This document shows positions 1-12,191 of a stretch of 64,000 nt of DNA, piece by piece. The position numbers were made by a program, and so were the translations under genes. Each line of letters begins with the position of its first letter. Positions within the stretch are counted from its first letter, which is position 1. This stretch comes from the human T2T-CHM13v2.0 reference genome, Homo sapiens. Location of the stretch: assembly GCF_009914755.1 (NCBI RefSeq), contig NC_060940.1; one strand, given 5' to 3'. The notes under the pieces were generated by a model. The model was given only the letters and a program-made list of their open reading frames with translations. It had not been told where the DNA came from and did not search any database.

Positions 1-460
1 TATCTAGAAAGTAATCTTTTAAAACACTTTTTGAAAAAAAATTTGTCAAGGACCAACAGTTCTAAGACATCCAGTTGAATGAGGGCACTGCTTCCTTGAT
101 CCCAGAAGTCATCTTTTGGAAATAAAGTAAATATATTTGCTTGCTTTAGCAGAAAAACCAGTATTGATCCCCATTCTAAAGAGAATGGAGAGAGCAGATG
201 GCTGCTCTCCATCAAATGAGGATCTTTTTTCAAGAACAAGATGAAGCAAACAAAACCCAGGTTTCCCCCCTGCAAACTGCTGTTTCTCTTGGCTACTGTA
301 TTTACTGGAGCAATCAATGAGACAAACAGATTCTAAATAGCCTTCACATATTACCCAGGATTAAAATGAGTACCCAGCTGTGGTAGACAAATTCAGAACA
401 AGTTATTTCAGATAACAGTCCTGTGATTGTTTTGAAACAATTTATTTGTTTATCTGACCC

Positions 461-495
461 ACAACACACGCACGCGCGCAAACACACACACACAC
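461..495. repeat. Imperfect (CA)n/(CG)n microsatellite
   Basis: acaacacacgcacgcgcgcaaacacacacacacac. Confidence 0.8.
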
Positions 496-635
496 CCTTA
501 CTTTTCCCTTGAAAAAATGAGAAGACCACGTTGGTTTTTTAAGTGTTTTGAACTCCATGTTCTTTGCTCCCTATGGCTAGTCAACCATTAAGTCATGTTT
601 GTTGTACCATCTGCAAAGCTCTTAAATAATGCAGT

Positions 636-854
636 GGCAGAATCGTGCAGTGGTTGAGAGCCCAGACTCAAAACGTAGACATCCTGGGTTTGAATCTACC
701 ACTTGCAAGCCAGGCCACCTTAGGCAAGTTGCTCAGCCTAACTTGTAAAATGGAGGAAGTAGTAGAACCTATTTCATAAGGTTGTTTATTAAATATATAT
801 AATGTACTAGTACAGTTCCTGACACAAAACAAGCACCTGATAAGTGTTATTATT
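636..854 (+). mobile_element. MIR SINE
   Basis: gcagtggttgagagc...ctgggtttgaatc...ggcaagttgctc...tgtaaaatgg core and 3' end. Confidence 0.8.
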
Positions 855-904
855 GGCAATGTTTTTGTTATTCAATCTCCTCACTTATTTCCTTTTACAG
901 TCTA

Positions 905-1035
905 AGTTGAAGCCAACATTATATTCCACCTGGACACCTCCAGTAGTTTCATAATGTTTTTCCATGGCTCTGCCTTAATTCTTATTTGCATCCTTTCCAT
1001 TCTGTCATTGCACAGCCAGAATGAACACTCAAAGC
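905..1035 (+). mobile_element. L2 LINE fragment
   Basis: cacctggacacctccagtagtttc...gcacagccagaatga resembles the L2 3' region. Confidence 0.5.
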
Positions 1036-1404
1036 AAAACAAAACAAAAACTCTAGTGGTTGTATGTGTGTCTAAGGATGTAGAAATGGCAAAAATTATG
1101 AGAGAATAAGCCATAGGAACTTAGAAGATTCATGAGGGGCATTGGGTTTTATCTTGCTGTGTGTTGTGGTTTTGTTCTTGGTTGTGCGAAGGGTTGGGGT
1201 ACCCAGCTGACACTGGCTTATCCAACACTCCAACCCTTGAATTTTTGACCCCATCATGTAAGTAAGCAAGCTACACAAGCAAGCCACACAATTATTGCAG
1301 AGCTTCTGGTCATTTCTAACACAGATGGCATTGTCACATATCCTAGAAACATATGCAATATCCTGCTTGGTCATTGGATTATGCTAAGGGGTTTCATTGG
1401 CCAG

Positions 1405-1830
1405 TTTATCACCTAGGGTTTGCTGTGTAATAATCTACCCCAAAACTCAGTGGCTTAAGATAACATCTATTATTATATATCACATGACCATGGATTCCCT
1501 GAGGATTGGCTGCCCCAGGATGGGTTCAGCACATCTCTGCTGGGTTTGTTAATACGTCTGCAAATCAGCTGGAACTGTATGTTAAAGTTAGTTAGGCCAC
1601 CATAGCTGAAGAAGCCCTGCTTCGTGTATCATTCCTCTTCTTCCTGGACCAGCATATAGCCTGGGCTTTTCCTTCTCAATAGTGATGCAGAAAGTGCAAG
1701 ACTCTTAGTGGAAACACATGAAGCCTCTTAAGGCTTCAACTCAAAACCAGTGCATCAATTCTGCTTCATTCCATGACCCAAATCAAGTCACATGGCCACA
1801 TCAGGGGAAAGAAATAACATTCCACTTGTT
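1405..1830 (-). mobile_element. MLT1-family (ERVL-MaLR) LTR, old
   Basis: tgctgtgtaataatctaccccaaaactcagtggcttaa is the reverse complement of an MLT1 3' end; caagtcacatggcca near the other end. Confidence 0.7.
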
Positions 1831-1959
1831 ATGTGCATAGACTTCCCGGTGCCAGGATATTTGCAGCTGTGAGATCTCCAAGGTGTTACCCAAGGCACTG
1901 TTATCCTTATGGGTTTACAAATGGCCCACATTGGCAAATACTGTATCTTCATTGGAGAG

Positions 1960-2528
1960 CAGGGGTCTCAAACTCAAATACTTACAGAGTTCAGGCAGCA
2001 AATACAATGAGCGAATTGAGTTGAGTGGGAAGCATAATTAAATGGAAGCTTAATTAAAAGATTGTGTCCTATCTAGAGTGAGGGAGGATGACTGTGAATG
2101 AAAGCACGTCCAGAGTTAATAGCCAACATAGTGCAGTAACCGTTCTAACATTTACATGTGGGAGGCACTGTTCTGAAACTCCACTTACATTAATTCATTT
2201 AACCCTTACAATATGCTTTTGTGGTAGGTATTATTATTATTATTGCCATTTTACAGATTAAAAAAACTGGGGAATAGAAAGGTTTGGTACCTTGTCCGCA
2301 ATCACAGAGCTGAGATTCTAAACCAGGGAACCTGGCTCTAGATTTCATGCTCTTAATTGTGACACTACATCACCAAATTTTTTTTAATTAGAAATGCAGA
2401 CTTTTGCATTGAACCATTCAAGTTTTACACTTAATAAGAAAGTAAAATAAATAAAACACAAATTATTTTGTAGACAAAGGAAAATATATCTGGGCTGAAT
2501 TTGACTGTGGATCTCTTATTTGGGACCA
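1960..2528 (-). mobile_element. MER102-like hAT-Charlie DNA transposon, split by a MIR
   Basis: caggggtctcaaactcaaatacttacag terminus; second half atatctgggctgaatttgactgtgg...tttgggacc. Confidence 0.65.
2135..2370 (-). mobile_element. MIR SINE
   Basis: cattttacagattaaaaaaactggg...gattctaaaccagg...atgctcttaa. Confidence 0.8.
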
Positions 2529-3725
2529 TTATCTGACCGAAAGAGTTGGTCTGCTTAGGAGGATTTTATCAGCCTGAATTCAGAGAAGCTGCTCAGTGGC
2601 TCCAGGCCTCCTACCCTTCTGGAAAAGTACTGAACACAACCAATCCTTCAAAAATCAATTCTCAAAATTTTGACAGTGTCTTCATGAAACTCTGGCCAGT
2701 TCTCCTGCCCTGGCATCGGCCCAGGGTATCAGGTAGGCACTGCCTGACATTGGCCCGTCCTTCAGAGGGCATTGAAAATCAGAACTGGAGCCCAGGAAGG
2801 AGACGAGCCTTGGTTTGCATATCAGGCTCGAAAGGCCAGCTGGGGTCTTTTCACCTCGGGGGGTTCAATTTCCTGCAGAGGGCTAGGCAGGTAAGAGATG
2901 TGTCAGGTGCCAACCAGCTGTGATTTAATAATGTTGTGGAAAATTTGAGGATTGGAGAAAGAGATCCCTAAGGAGGCAAGAGGATGTGAAAACTAGTGAT
3001 AAAAAATTTATCACACAATGCAGTGGTCCTTTCTAGAGGACCAATGCATGAAGTGTGCCAAAGAGAAAATTTGAAAATTCAAAGGAAGGAGCATTGATTC
3101 AGAGAGGACTTAAAAAAATTTCTGTCGGAGCTTTTCCTTGAATTGCCCAAAGTCATAAGGCAAGTCCTCGTGGGACAAATACACCTTTTTTGAGCCTGTA
3201 TCAGACTCTGTATATGTCTATTAGCTAGAAAACGGGAAGGATTTTTTCATGCCTTTCTTGCAAATCTGAAAAGTGTCTCTTAATCCAAGTCCTTCTGTTA
3301 ATCTCAATTGTCACTCTCATAGCCTACTTGTTGTTGTGGTTTCAGCAGTGATAACAGATAGATCTTTTTTATTGAATGCAATATTTTCCTTCACTATCAA
3401 CCCCACCTCTTCTTCTGTCACTTTGAAAGAAAAGACTTCTGCTTTTTTGTTTTTTTTTTTTCTCTGCAACATTCCCCACCCTCCATCTTTTTGGCAGAAA
3501 CAGATGCTGGGATTTCTGAAGGTGGGAAAATAAGTGGTTACATCCTCAAGTTATATTTTTTTAGCACTTTATGTAACAAATCCTGGCAATATTTACCCAT
3601 TTGTATTATCTAGAGGGTTGTTATTTGCTGTGCGTGCTGTTTTTGAACAGCACGCAGGGGGGAAAAAAACAGATCCCTTCCTCACTGTGTCCGAGAATAC
3701 TGGGAATATGGTTGAAAATGTTCTA

Positions 3726-4157
<432 letters not shown>

Positions 4158-4170
4158 TGCTTTCTCGTTG

Positions 4171-4600
4171 TAAAAATGTCTTAGAAAATACAAAAACAAC
4201 AAAGAGAATAACCATTCATATTTCTTTCCATCAGTAATACCTTAACTGTTTGATGAATGCTATCTCATGTACCCATTCAGAATTATACTGTAAGCAAATA
4301 TTAATATCCAGATTTATATTTGACTCTAATGGCATCCCTATGGTATTAGAAACTTGAAATGCCTGCATAATGTTTCAGCACACTGATGTTCAATAGCATT
4401 TTAATCTATTCCCTTATGGAATAGGCTATTTTCAAGTTTTTACTTCTATAAAGGCTACCTTGATAAATGGTTTTGTTCATCATTCTTTTGTATTTCATAT
4501 TATTACCTTAGGCTATTCCTATGGGTCACATGGTTGAGCCCAAGGGAAGGATATTTTTAAGACTGTTGATAATTTGGCCATATAATTTTTTAGGAAATTG
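4171..4600 (-). mobile_element. Old L1 (L1ME-like) fragment
   Basis: aggctattttcaagttttttacttctataaa...ccttaggctattcct...tgagcccaagggaagg. Confidence 0.55.
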
Positions 4601-4689
4601 AAACAAACTTAGATCGTGGAGCCTTTGAGACCAGGTTGACATAAGCCTGTGGTTGAGGTTTCCTTTAGTCTTTGGGAAAAGTATGAAAG

Positions 4690-4900
4690 AGATGATGGGA
4701 TGGAGAGTGCCTGGGGTTGAGACAGTTGCAGGTGGTGTCTCTAAAGTGGAAGATACCTGAGTGATGTGAGAAAACAGCATGCATATATTTAGGAGAAGGG
4801 ATTCCCAGCAAGAACGGAGTAGCAGACACAAAGTCCCTTAGGCGGGAAAAGATTTGACTAAGTGAAGAATAGTGAAAAGAATGGTCTGGTTGTTGGCGTT
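4690..4900 (-). mobile_element. L2 fragment
   Basis: gagaagggattcccagcaagaacggagtagcagacacaaagtccct matches the antisense L2 motif. Confidence 0.6.
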
Positions 4901-4980
4901 GAGCTTCTTGACAGTCAGAGAAAGAAGAAGTTGAACTTCAGGTGCTCCCTTCTACAGGGACATAGTTATCAGTGCGTTCT

Positions 4981-5286
<306 letters not shown>

Positions 5287-5639
5287 GCTATCAGTGCTTT
5301 CTGAAACTCTTATCTTCCATGGACCTGCCAGGCTGCAGGGAAATACATTCTTGTGACCAATTCAATCCATGGACACCGGCTGCTCTTCGTTCAAATACAG
5401 AGATGCTCCCTTCATTATAGAAACTCATCAACCTTCCTGGTCTTAATTCTGATTTTCAGTTAGTTCAGAAGTTCAGAGAGGATGTGGACTTTATAGAGCC
5501 TACTAAGCTGGAAGGAACTGATGATCAAACTCCTATAGGGAAAAGTACCGTGGAAACTCTAATTTTCTATTAATAATTATTCATAATTCTACTAATTATC
5601 AATATCAATATTATTATCAATAATAAACACGATGATGAC

Positions 5640-5895
5640 TCACATAATTAAGAGATTATCACCCAGACTTTGTGCTAAAAGTGTTATATGGATTATCTCA
5701 TTTCAATCATCACAATAATCTTAAGAAGTAGGCAATATATCTTGTTCTTATTGTGTAGAGGAGGAAATCAGAGCTTAGAGTGCTTAAGTACATTCCTCAG
5801 GATCACCAAGCTGGTAAGTGCTGGAGTCAGGATTTGAACCCACTTTTGTCTGACTCTAGGGCTTGAGCTTCTTCATCACCATGCAGTGTTGCCTC
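5640..5895 (-). mobile_element. MIR SINE
   Basis: gaggaaatcagagcttagag...ggatttgaaccc...tctgactctag. Confidence 0.85.
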
Positions 5896-6539
5896 CAGGA
5901 TTGCCTGGGCGTTTCAGGTCAGAGTTCGCCCTGTCAAAGCCGTACTTCATCTGGTGAAACCCTGAAATGCAGCCCTTTGGAAGAGTTTATTCTGTTAACT
6001 AGGCCCTAAGGAAGGAGGGCTTGAAACTTCACTCTCACACATCCTGGCCCCCATGCTGAGATCTGGCCTAATTATGGCTTTCAGAGCCACCACAGGGCTT
6101 GGTTAGTCAGAAGGGCACGTGTAGTTTCCCTTCTGCACACAACTGGGTTCTGCTCAAGGGCAGAGTGGGAAGCTCCCTGCATGGGGTGCCTGGAAGCCTT
6201 TCCCAGACACACTTGGTTAAACAAGCAGTCTCCTTGGCTCTCCTCAGAGCTGCAAGGATAAGGCAAGGACTGCCTTGTAAGGGGCCTACAGAAGGATGCT
6301 CCCAAGGGCAGCCAGTGACCTCCAGCTCATCTAGCAAAGTCCAGCTTAGATATCCCTCTCCACTTATCTAAGCCACAGTTACCAGCCAACCAAATTCACT
6401 CCTTAATGCCCTGAATATTACTTTGTGGCTAAGGGTGTAAAACTTCCTTTGCCAAACACTCATTAGCGCTTCCCTTGTACAGACAGTCACTGCTCTAGAT
6501 GACCTTTCAGATCATCAGGAATTAGACCCTCCTTCACTC

Positions 6540-7005
6540 TTCGCAATCCAATGAAGTAGGTACAATTTCTGTTGCCTTTTTACCGATGAAGATTCTGAAG
6601 CACGGAAACGTTATGTAACTTGCTTAAAGTCGCACAGCTGGCAGGCAGCAGAAGAGTTCAGAGTCAAATCCCGGTGGCTCATACCTGTAATCTCAGCACT
6701 TTAGGAGGCTGAGGTGGGCGGATCACCTGAGGTCAAGAGTTCGAGACCAGCCTGGCCAACATGGTGAAACGCTCTCTGTACTAAAAATACAAAAATTAGC
6801 CGGGTGTGGTAGTATATGCCTGTAATCCCAGCTACGTGGGAGGCTGAGGCAGGAGAATTGCTTGAACTGGGAGGCGGAGGTTGCAGTGAGCAGAGATTGC
6901 ACCCCTGCACTTTAGCCTGGGCGACAGAGTGAGACTCTGTCAAAAAAAAAAAAAAACAAAAAAAACCCGACAATTGGCTTTAAAGTCCAAGCTCTTAACC
7001 ATCCT
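6540..7005 (-). mobile_element. MIR interrupted by an Alu
   Basis: gatgaagattctgaagcacggaaacgttatgtaacttgc...; resumes with aagtccaagctcttaacc after the Alu. Confidence 0.7.
6672..6965 (+). mobile_element. Alu (AluSx-like), first ~9 nt missing
   Basis: cggtggctcatacctgtaatc...A-rich tail. Confidence 0.95.
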
Positions 7006-7024
7006 GTAGAAATGGGGATAAACA

Positions 7025-7220
7025 GATCTCTGTTCAAATCTTTGCTATGCCACTCCCTGCTACGTGTGCATGGGCACCTCTTTTAACTGCTCTGTGCCTC
7101 AGTTTCCTCATTTGCAAATGGCAGGTACTGGTTGTACATACTCTATAGGGTGACGGTGACTGTGAGGATTCAATGAGATAGTGCACATGAAGTGCCAGGT
7201 AGGAGTGTGGTTGCTCAAAG
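7025..7220 (+). mobile_element. MIR SINE
   Basis: ctctgtgcctcagtttcctcatttgcaaatgg core. Confidence 0.85.
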
Positions 7221-8054
7221 GGACCTTGCCTTCCTTAGGCTTATGTTTTACTGCCACTTCCGTTCAACTCCCCCTATTTCAAAGTAGCCCAGCTGTTTTC
7301 TTCTTCCAGGAAAGACAGACTAAAATTGCACCTTGATCCAAGCAAAAGAAAGAATGAGAGGTGATGGAGGCAGGAAGAACAAAGCCTAGAAGTAGCAGGC
7401 TCTCGCTCACTTTCCCTTTCTTCTTCCCTCCCCAGTACGCCTGTATTTCAAGATGTACTGACTTCCCAGACCCAATCCGCCCCCACATTCCATTTCTGAG
7501 TGGGATACTATGATGTAACAAGCTGCAAAGGGAAGCCAGCTCCCCTGGAACGAGAATCAATTTTGGGAGTTTCCCTGCAAATGTAACCCTGCTTCTCCTC
7601 ATTCCTAGCCCCAAACTAGCTCATCCAGGTGGGCCCTCCTGGAGAAAAATCGGAGAGGTGCATATTCCTGCATTTCCCTCGACCTACTCTGTGATATGGT
7701 CTGCCCCATGAGCAAAATGTGGAGTCAGATTACTCAAAGTCTCATTTATTAATTGGGAATTGGAGGCCCTTTATGACAGAACTGGGCGATTATTGAAGAA
7801 CTGAGCTGCCATGAACGAATTTAATTTCAAGAAAAAGTCAATTCAATTGAGTCCTGAAAATCATTCTGATGTACTCCCAGGGAATTCTATTTGGAATCAA
7901 TAAACGTGCCTGTGTCACTGACTCTTGTCTCCACTCTCTCCCCTGCTGGCCCCAAGCCAAGGAGAAATCATTCAAAGAGACCAGGTTTCATTTCAGAGAA
8001 ATGTGGGTTCTGCCAAGTGCACAAAATGGAGCACTTATTGGCTCTGTGATAAAA

Positions 8055-8276
8055 TCTCCCCCCTCCCCTCCCCTCTTCTCTCCTCTCCTCTCCTCTCCTC
8101 TCCCCTTTCTTTGTCTCTCCCCTCTCTTCCTCTCCCATCTCCTCCTTCTTCTTTCTTTCTCTTACTCTTTCTTTCTCTTCTCTCTTTCACTCTCCTGTGA
8201 CTCTTTTCTTTCCTTGTCAATATTGACTCCTTCTCTTTTCTATTCTTTTATCACCAATTCGTCTTTCCCTTCTTTC
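8055..8276. repeat. CT-rich polypyrimidine low-complexity tract
   Basis: About 220 nt almost entirely C/T, with (CTCTC)n and (CTTT)n units. Confidence 0.9.
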
Positions 8277-8507
8277 AAAAATGCGGATTCACCCTTCCTT
8301 AAAAACTCTACAATCTGTATGCAAGAGTCTGCCCAGAGTTCCCTGTGGAAGTGCCTTAGAGAATTTGTGGTGCCGACCATCTCACCAGAGCCTGGATGAC
8401 TTTGAGGTTGGGTCTGCTGAGGCCAGACAGGTGGAAATGCCCCCAGAGGAGAAAAGGTTGGAAAGGAGACGAGATTCACACTGAGACATCCTATGGTGAT
8501 GGTTTGC

Positions 8508-8668
8508 ACTTCTCAAAACTTTAATGTGCAGAAGAACCACTTGGAGAGTCTTGTTAAAATGTAGTTTCTGATTCACTGTGTCTTGAATGAGGCATGAGAT
8601 TCTGCATTTTGAATAGGCCCCCACATAATGCTGCTGTTGCTGGCCTCAACACTGCACTTGAAATACCG
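8508..8668. mobile_element. MER5A-like hAT MITE
   Basis: ttctcaaaactttaatgtgcagaagaaccacttggagagtcttgttaaaatg...gagattctgcatttt. Confidence 0.75.
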
Positions 8669-8680
8669 TGAGGTCGAATG

Positions 8681-8975
8681 TACTGTCACCCAAAGTGTAA
8701 GTCATATGCAGCTGCTGGTGCACAAAAAGACATTTGGTGATGCACAGGTGAAGATTTTTAAACTTCTAATAGTTCTGTGTTAATTTTTATTAGTAGCAGA
8801 AAATTATAACTAAGCACCTGTGGTTTTATAGATAATATTGCTTGAGAGGAGTTTGAAAGGGTATTTAATTTCCTAACTGAGTTGACTTAAATAAAATTAT
8901 TAAGGCATTGGTAGTATGAGGTATGTGGGTGTAATGATTCTGTTAATGCAATGAGTGAATGAATGAAGTTGGGAG
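8681..8975. mobile_element. hAT-Charlie MITE (MER113-like)
   Basis: cccaaagtgt...ataatattgcttgagagg...gagtgaatgaatgaagttggg follows the recalled consensus. Confidence 0.5.
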
Positions 8976-8979
8976 GAGA

Positions 8980-9165
8980 GGAGGCACAGAGAAGCAAGGA
9001 GCATGGGCTTTGGAATGAAGCCAAGATTTGGGCTCAAATCCTGACTCTACCAAACTTATTCTCTTTGAACGTCACTTTTCTCAATGTCAAACGAGGCTAA
9101 TGTTGTCTACCTCACAGAGTTACTGTGAACAGGAGAAAGATAGTTTGTGGTACATGCCTGGTGCA
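8980..9165 (+). mobile_element. MIR SINE
   Basis: gagcatgggctttggaat...gggctcaaatcctgactctacc...tacctcacagagttactgtga. Confidence 0.8.
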
Positions 9166-9944
9166 AGGTGGGGACTGAGATAATGGAGATAAGGGTAGCA
9201 ATTTTACTATTGCAGAGAGAATGGTGGGCCCAGAGTGAGGGGTACACACTGATTTTAAAGGATACAGGGCAGAGACAGAAGGCATTAGACAGTGGGGTAG
9301 TATGAGCTGCACTGGTCCTTTCTTCCTTCATCACATTATAGGACATAGATCCTTGTTTCTCGGTCCAGTTGTGTCATGGTGGTTAAAGGGAAACTTGGAA
9401 AGCCAGAAAACTATTTATACAACCTCTTGTTTGTCCCCCCATTGAACTTAGATGCACAGGCAGGAAATTAACCTCATTTTTAGATAGTAAAGAAAGCCCA
9501 TAGCTTGTGTATGTGTGCCTGTGAGTGCATGCGTCTATATTAGAAAGCTGGACAGAACCTCAAAGCCTCCCCTATAAATAGTTCTAAAACTGAACCTGAG
9601 GAGATAAGCTTTACTAACTCTGAAAGGCAAACGATGCCACCAGCCTGATGCCCCAGGAGGAATAAATGGAGCCCCTCTGGCCTTAGTTCTTTGCAATCAG
9701 GCCCTTAGTTGCAATGGGACTGAGCCACCTCCCTCTGCATGATATGACTATGGGATACAGACTCTCTCCATGAACTAAACCCAGAGGCTCCCAGAAGGGG
9801 ATCCCAGCTGTGCCACTCCTGCTTCCTTCTTTTGGCATCTCACAGGGAGCCATGCTCTCTTCTATCCCCCAGGAATGGCCACGGCCCACTTCCATCTAGA
9901 TAATCTCACTTCCTCCAGGTAGTCTTCATTCATGCGAGTACGAC

Positions 9945-10295
9945 TGATACAGTTTGACTCTGTGTCCCCACCCAAATCTCCTCCTGAATTGTAATCCCCA
10001 TAATCCCCATGTGTCGAGGGAGGGACTTGGTGGGAGGTAATTGGGTCATGGGTGTGGTTTCCTCCATGCTGTTCTCATGATCGTGAGTGAGTTCTGACGA
10101 GATCTGATGGCTTTATAATGGGCTCTTCCCCCTTTACACGCTCTCTCTCACCTGTTGCCGTGTAAGACGTGTATAATTATAAGTTTCCTGAGGCCTCCCC
10201 AGCCATGCGAAACTGTGAGTCAGTTAAACCTCTTCCTTTATAAATTACCCAGTCTCGGGTATTCCTTTGTAGCAGCGTGGAAACAGACTAATACG
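9945..10295 (+). mobile_element. THE1D-like solo LTR (ERVL-MaLR)
   Basis: tgatacagtttgactctgtgtccccacccaaatctc...aacagactaatacg; 5-bp TSD acgac / atgac. Confidence 0.9.
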
Positions 10296-10391
10296 ATGAC
10301 CCAGTCAAAATGGCAATAACTGTTTTTTGCCCAAGAAGCCTAGATTTAAAGCATTTGTGTTATTTTCTCCATGTGTAAAAAGGGAATACAA

Positions 10392-10995
10392 GGCAGTTCC
10401 TCAAAAAGTCAAACATAGAGAACTAGGAACAATTCTACTTCTAAGTATATACTCAAAAGAAAGGAAAACAGATACTGAAAAAAATACATGTGCATGTATG
10501 TTCATAACAGCTGTATTCACAATGGGCAAAAGGAGGAAACAGCCCACATCAGTAGGCTAAATGGATGATTAAGTGGATAAATAAATTGTGTGATATAAAA
10601 TATTATTGAAATATTGCTCAGCCATAAAAAGGAATATAATACCAGAATATGCTCCAATGTGGAGGAACCTTGAAAACACTATACGAAAATATTAAGTGAA
10701 AGAAGCCAGACACAAAAGGTCACATATTGTACAATTCCATTTATGAAAAACATCTAGAATAGGTAAACCTATAGAGATAGACCAAAGAATGGTTTTTGCC
10801 AGGGTATGGAGGGGAGAGAAGAATGGAGAATAACTGCTTAAAGGGTGCAGGATTCCCTTTTAGGATGATGAAAACGTTTTAGAACTATACAGAGGTGGTG
10901 GCTGTACAGCATTGTAAATGTTCTAAATGCCACCGAATTGTTCACTTCAAAGTGGTTAATTTTGCTATATGCATTTTACCAAATTTTTAAAAAAG
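10392..10995 (+). mobile_element. L1MB-type 3' fragment inserted in a MIR
   Basis: ggcagttcctcaaaaag...aagtgaaagaagccagacacaaaaggtcacatattgt...ggatgatgaaaacgttttagaacta; MIR resumes at 10996-11100. Confidence 0.85.
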
Positions 10996-11483
10996 GAATG
11001 GGAATAATTACTCTCTTAATATGATTGCGTGAGAATGATGACGTAGTGCAGGTAGAACCCCAAACACACCCTGTGGCTTAACACTTGTCCCTCAATAAAT
11101 GCATTTCCCTTCTTCTTCCCAGACTTAATCTTTTCACAGACCACAAGAATCATATCCCTGGTGTCCCATAACAAAGTTGAATTGTCCTTAATTTTTAAAG
11201 GGTGATATTAATTGTTTAGGGAAACCCATTGGAAATTAAAAAAAATAATAATAAAGCAGGAAATGTACAAAAGGTACCATTTCCAAGCCTGGTTTCTGGC
11301 TATACTACAGCTTTTTTGTTTACCTCTGGGATCTTACTCTCCATCCATTTCTCCAACCTCTGTCTTTGTGCTTCCCATTTGTGCAACAATGAACTATTCT
11401 CCTCTATGGTTTTTCAATTTCTAGTTCCAGGCTGGATTTGTGTGAATGAAGTCTTACACCACCTTCATCACACGGAAGTTGCC

Positions 11484-11779
11484 TTTTATTTTATTTTTGC
11501 AAAAGGGTCTCACTCTGTCACCTGGGCTGCTGTGTAGTAGCATGATCACGGCTCACCGTGGCCTCAATCTCCCCAGGCTCAGGTGAACCTCCCACCTCAG
11601 CCTCCCAAGTATCTGTGATTACAGACATGCATCACCATGCCAGGCTAATTTTTGTATTTTTTGTAGAGAGGGTTTTGCCGTGTTGCCCAGGCTGGTCTTA
11701 AATTCCTGGGTTCAAGTAATCTGCCTGCCCTGGCCTCCTAAAGTGTTGAGATTACAGATGTGAGCCACTGTGCCTGGCC
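11484..11779 (-). mobile_element. AluJ
   Basis: gatcacggctcac, cctcccacctcagcc, ttttttgtagag J-type features; TSD gaagttgcctttt / gaagctgcctttt. Confidence 0.92.
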
Positions 11780-11839
11780 AGAAGCTGCCTTTTAGATATC
11801 TTGGCCTCCTTGGACAAAATGACAGAAATGATCAAATAT

Positions 11840-12000
11840 TGCTATCATTTATTGTGAATTTGTGTTGTTTTGAGGTCTAAGAGTGTTTACGTGTGTTTTT
11901 TATTCCCGCAACAATCTTATGAGGTGAGTTCTATTATTAGTCCCATCTCACAGATGGAAAACTGATTCGTAGTGAGGTTAAGCAACACACCCAGAGCTGA
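11840..12000 (-). mobile_element. MIR SINE
   Basis: cccatctcacagatggaaaactga...gaggttaagcaac. Confidence 0.75.
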
Positions 12001-12191
12001 AATACCAAATAAGTGAATGAACGGACTAAGTTAAGTGAAGGCCTGCCATTCATTGGTTTCCAGAGGGCAGAAGTGTCAGCTCCTATTTTCTATGAGGGGC
12101 ATATAGCACAAAGAACTGAAGGTGGCTCTTAGACGATGCAGGTGAAGGACACCCATTACTGGATCTGTTCTGACAGACAAGGTCAACGTAA

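Noticed and set aside
185-212. Small hairpin gagagcag-atgg-ctgctctc
   Set aside because: An 8-bp stem in AG-rich sequence is close to chance expectation.
2546-2923. 125-aa ORF in unique sequence
   Set aside because: Non-ATG start, no recognisable domain, and a length reachable by chance in 64 kb.
7869-8399. Longest ORF (176 aa) and overlapping ORFs
   Set aside because: Open only because the CT-rich tract lacks stop codons; the product is S/L/F/P low-complexity with no domain.
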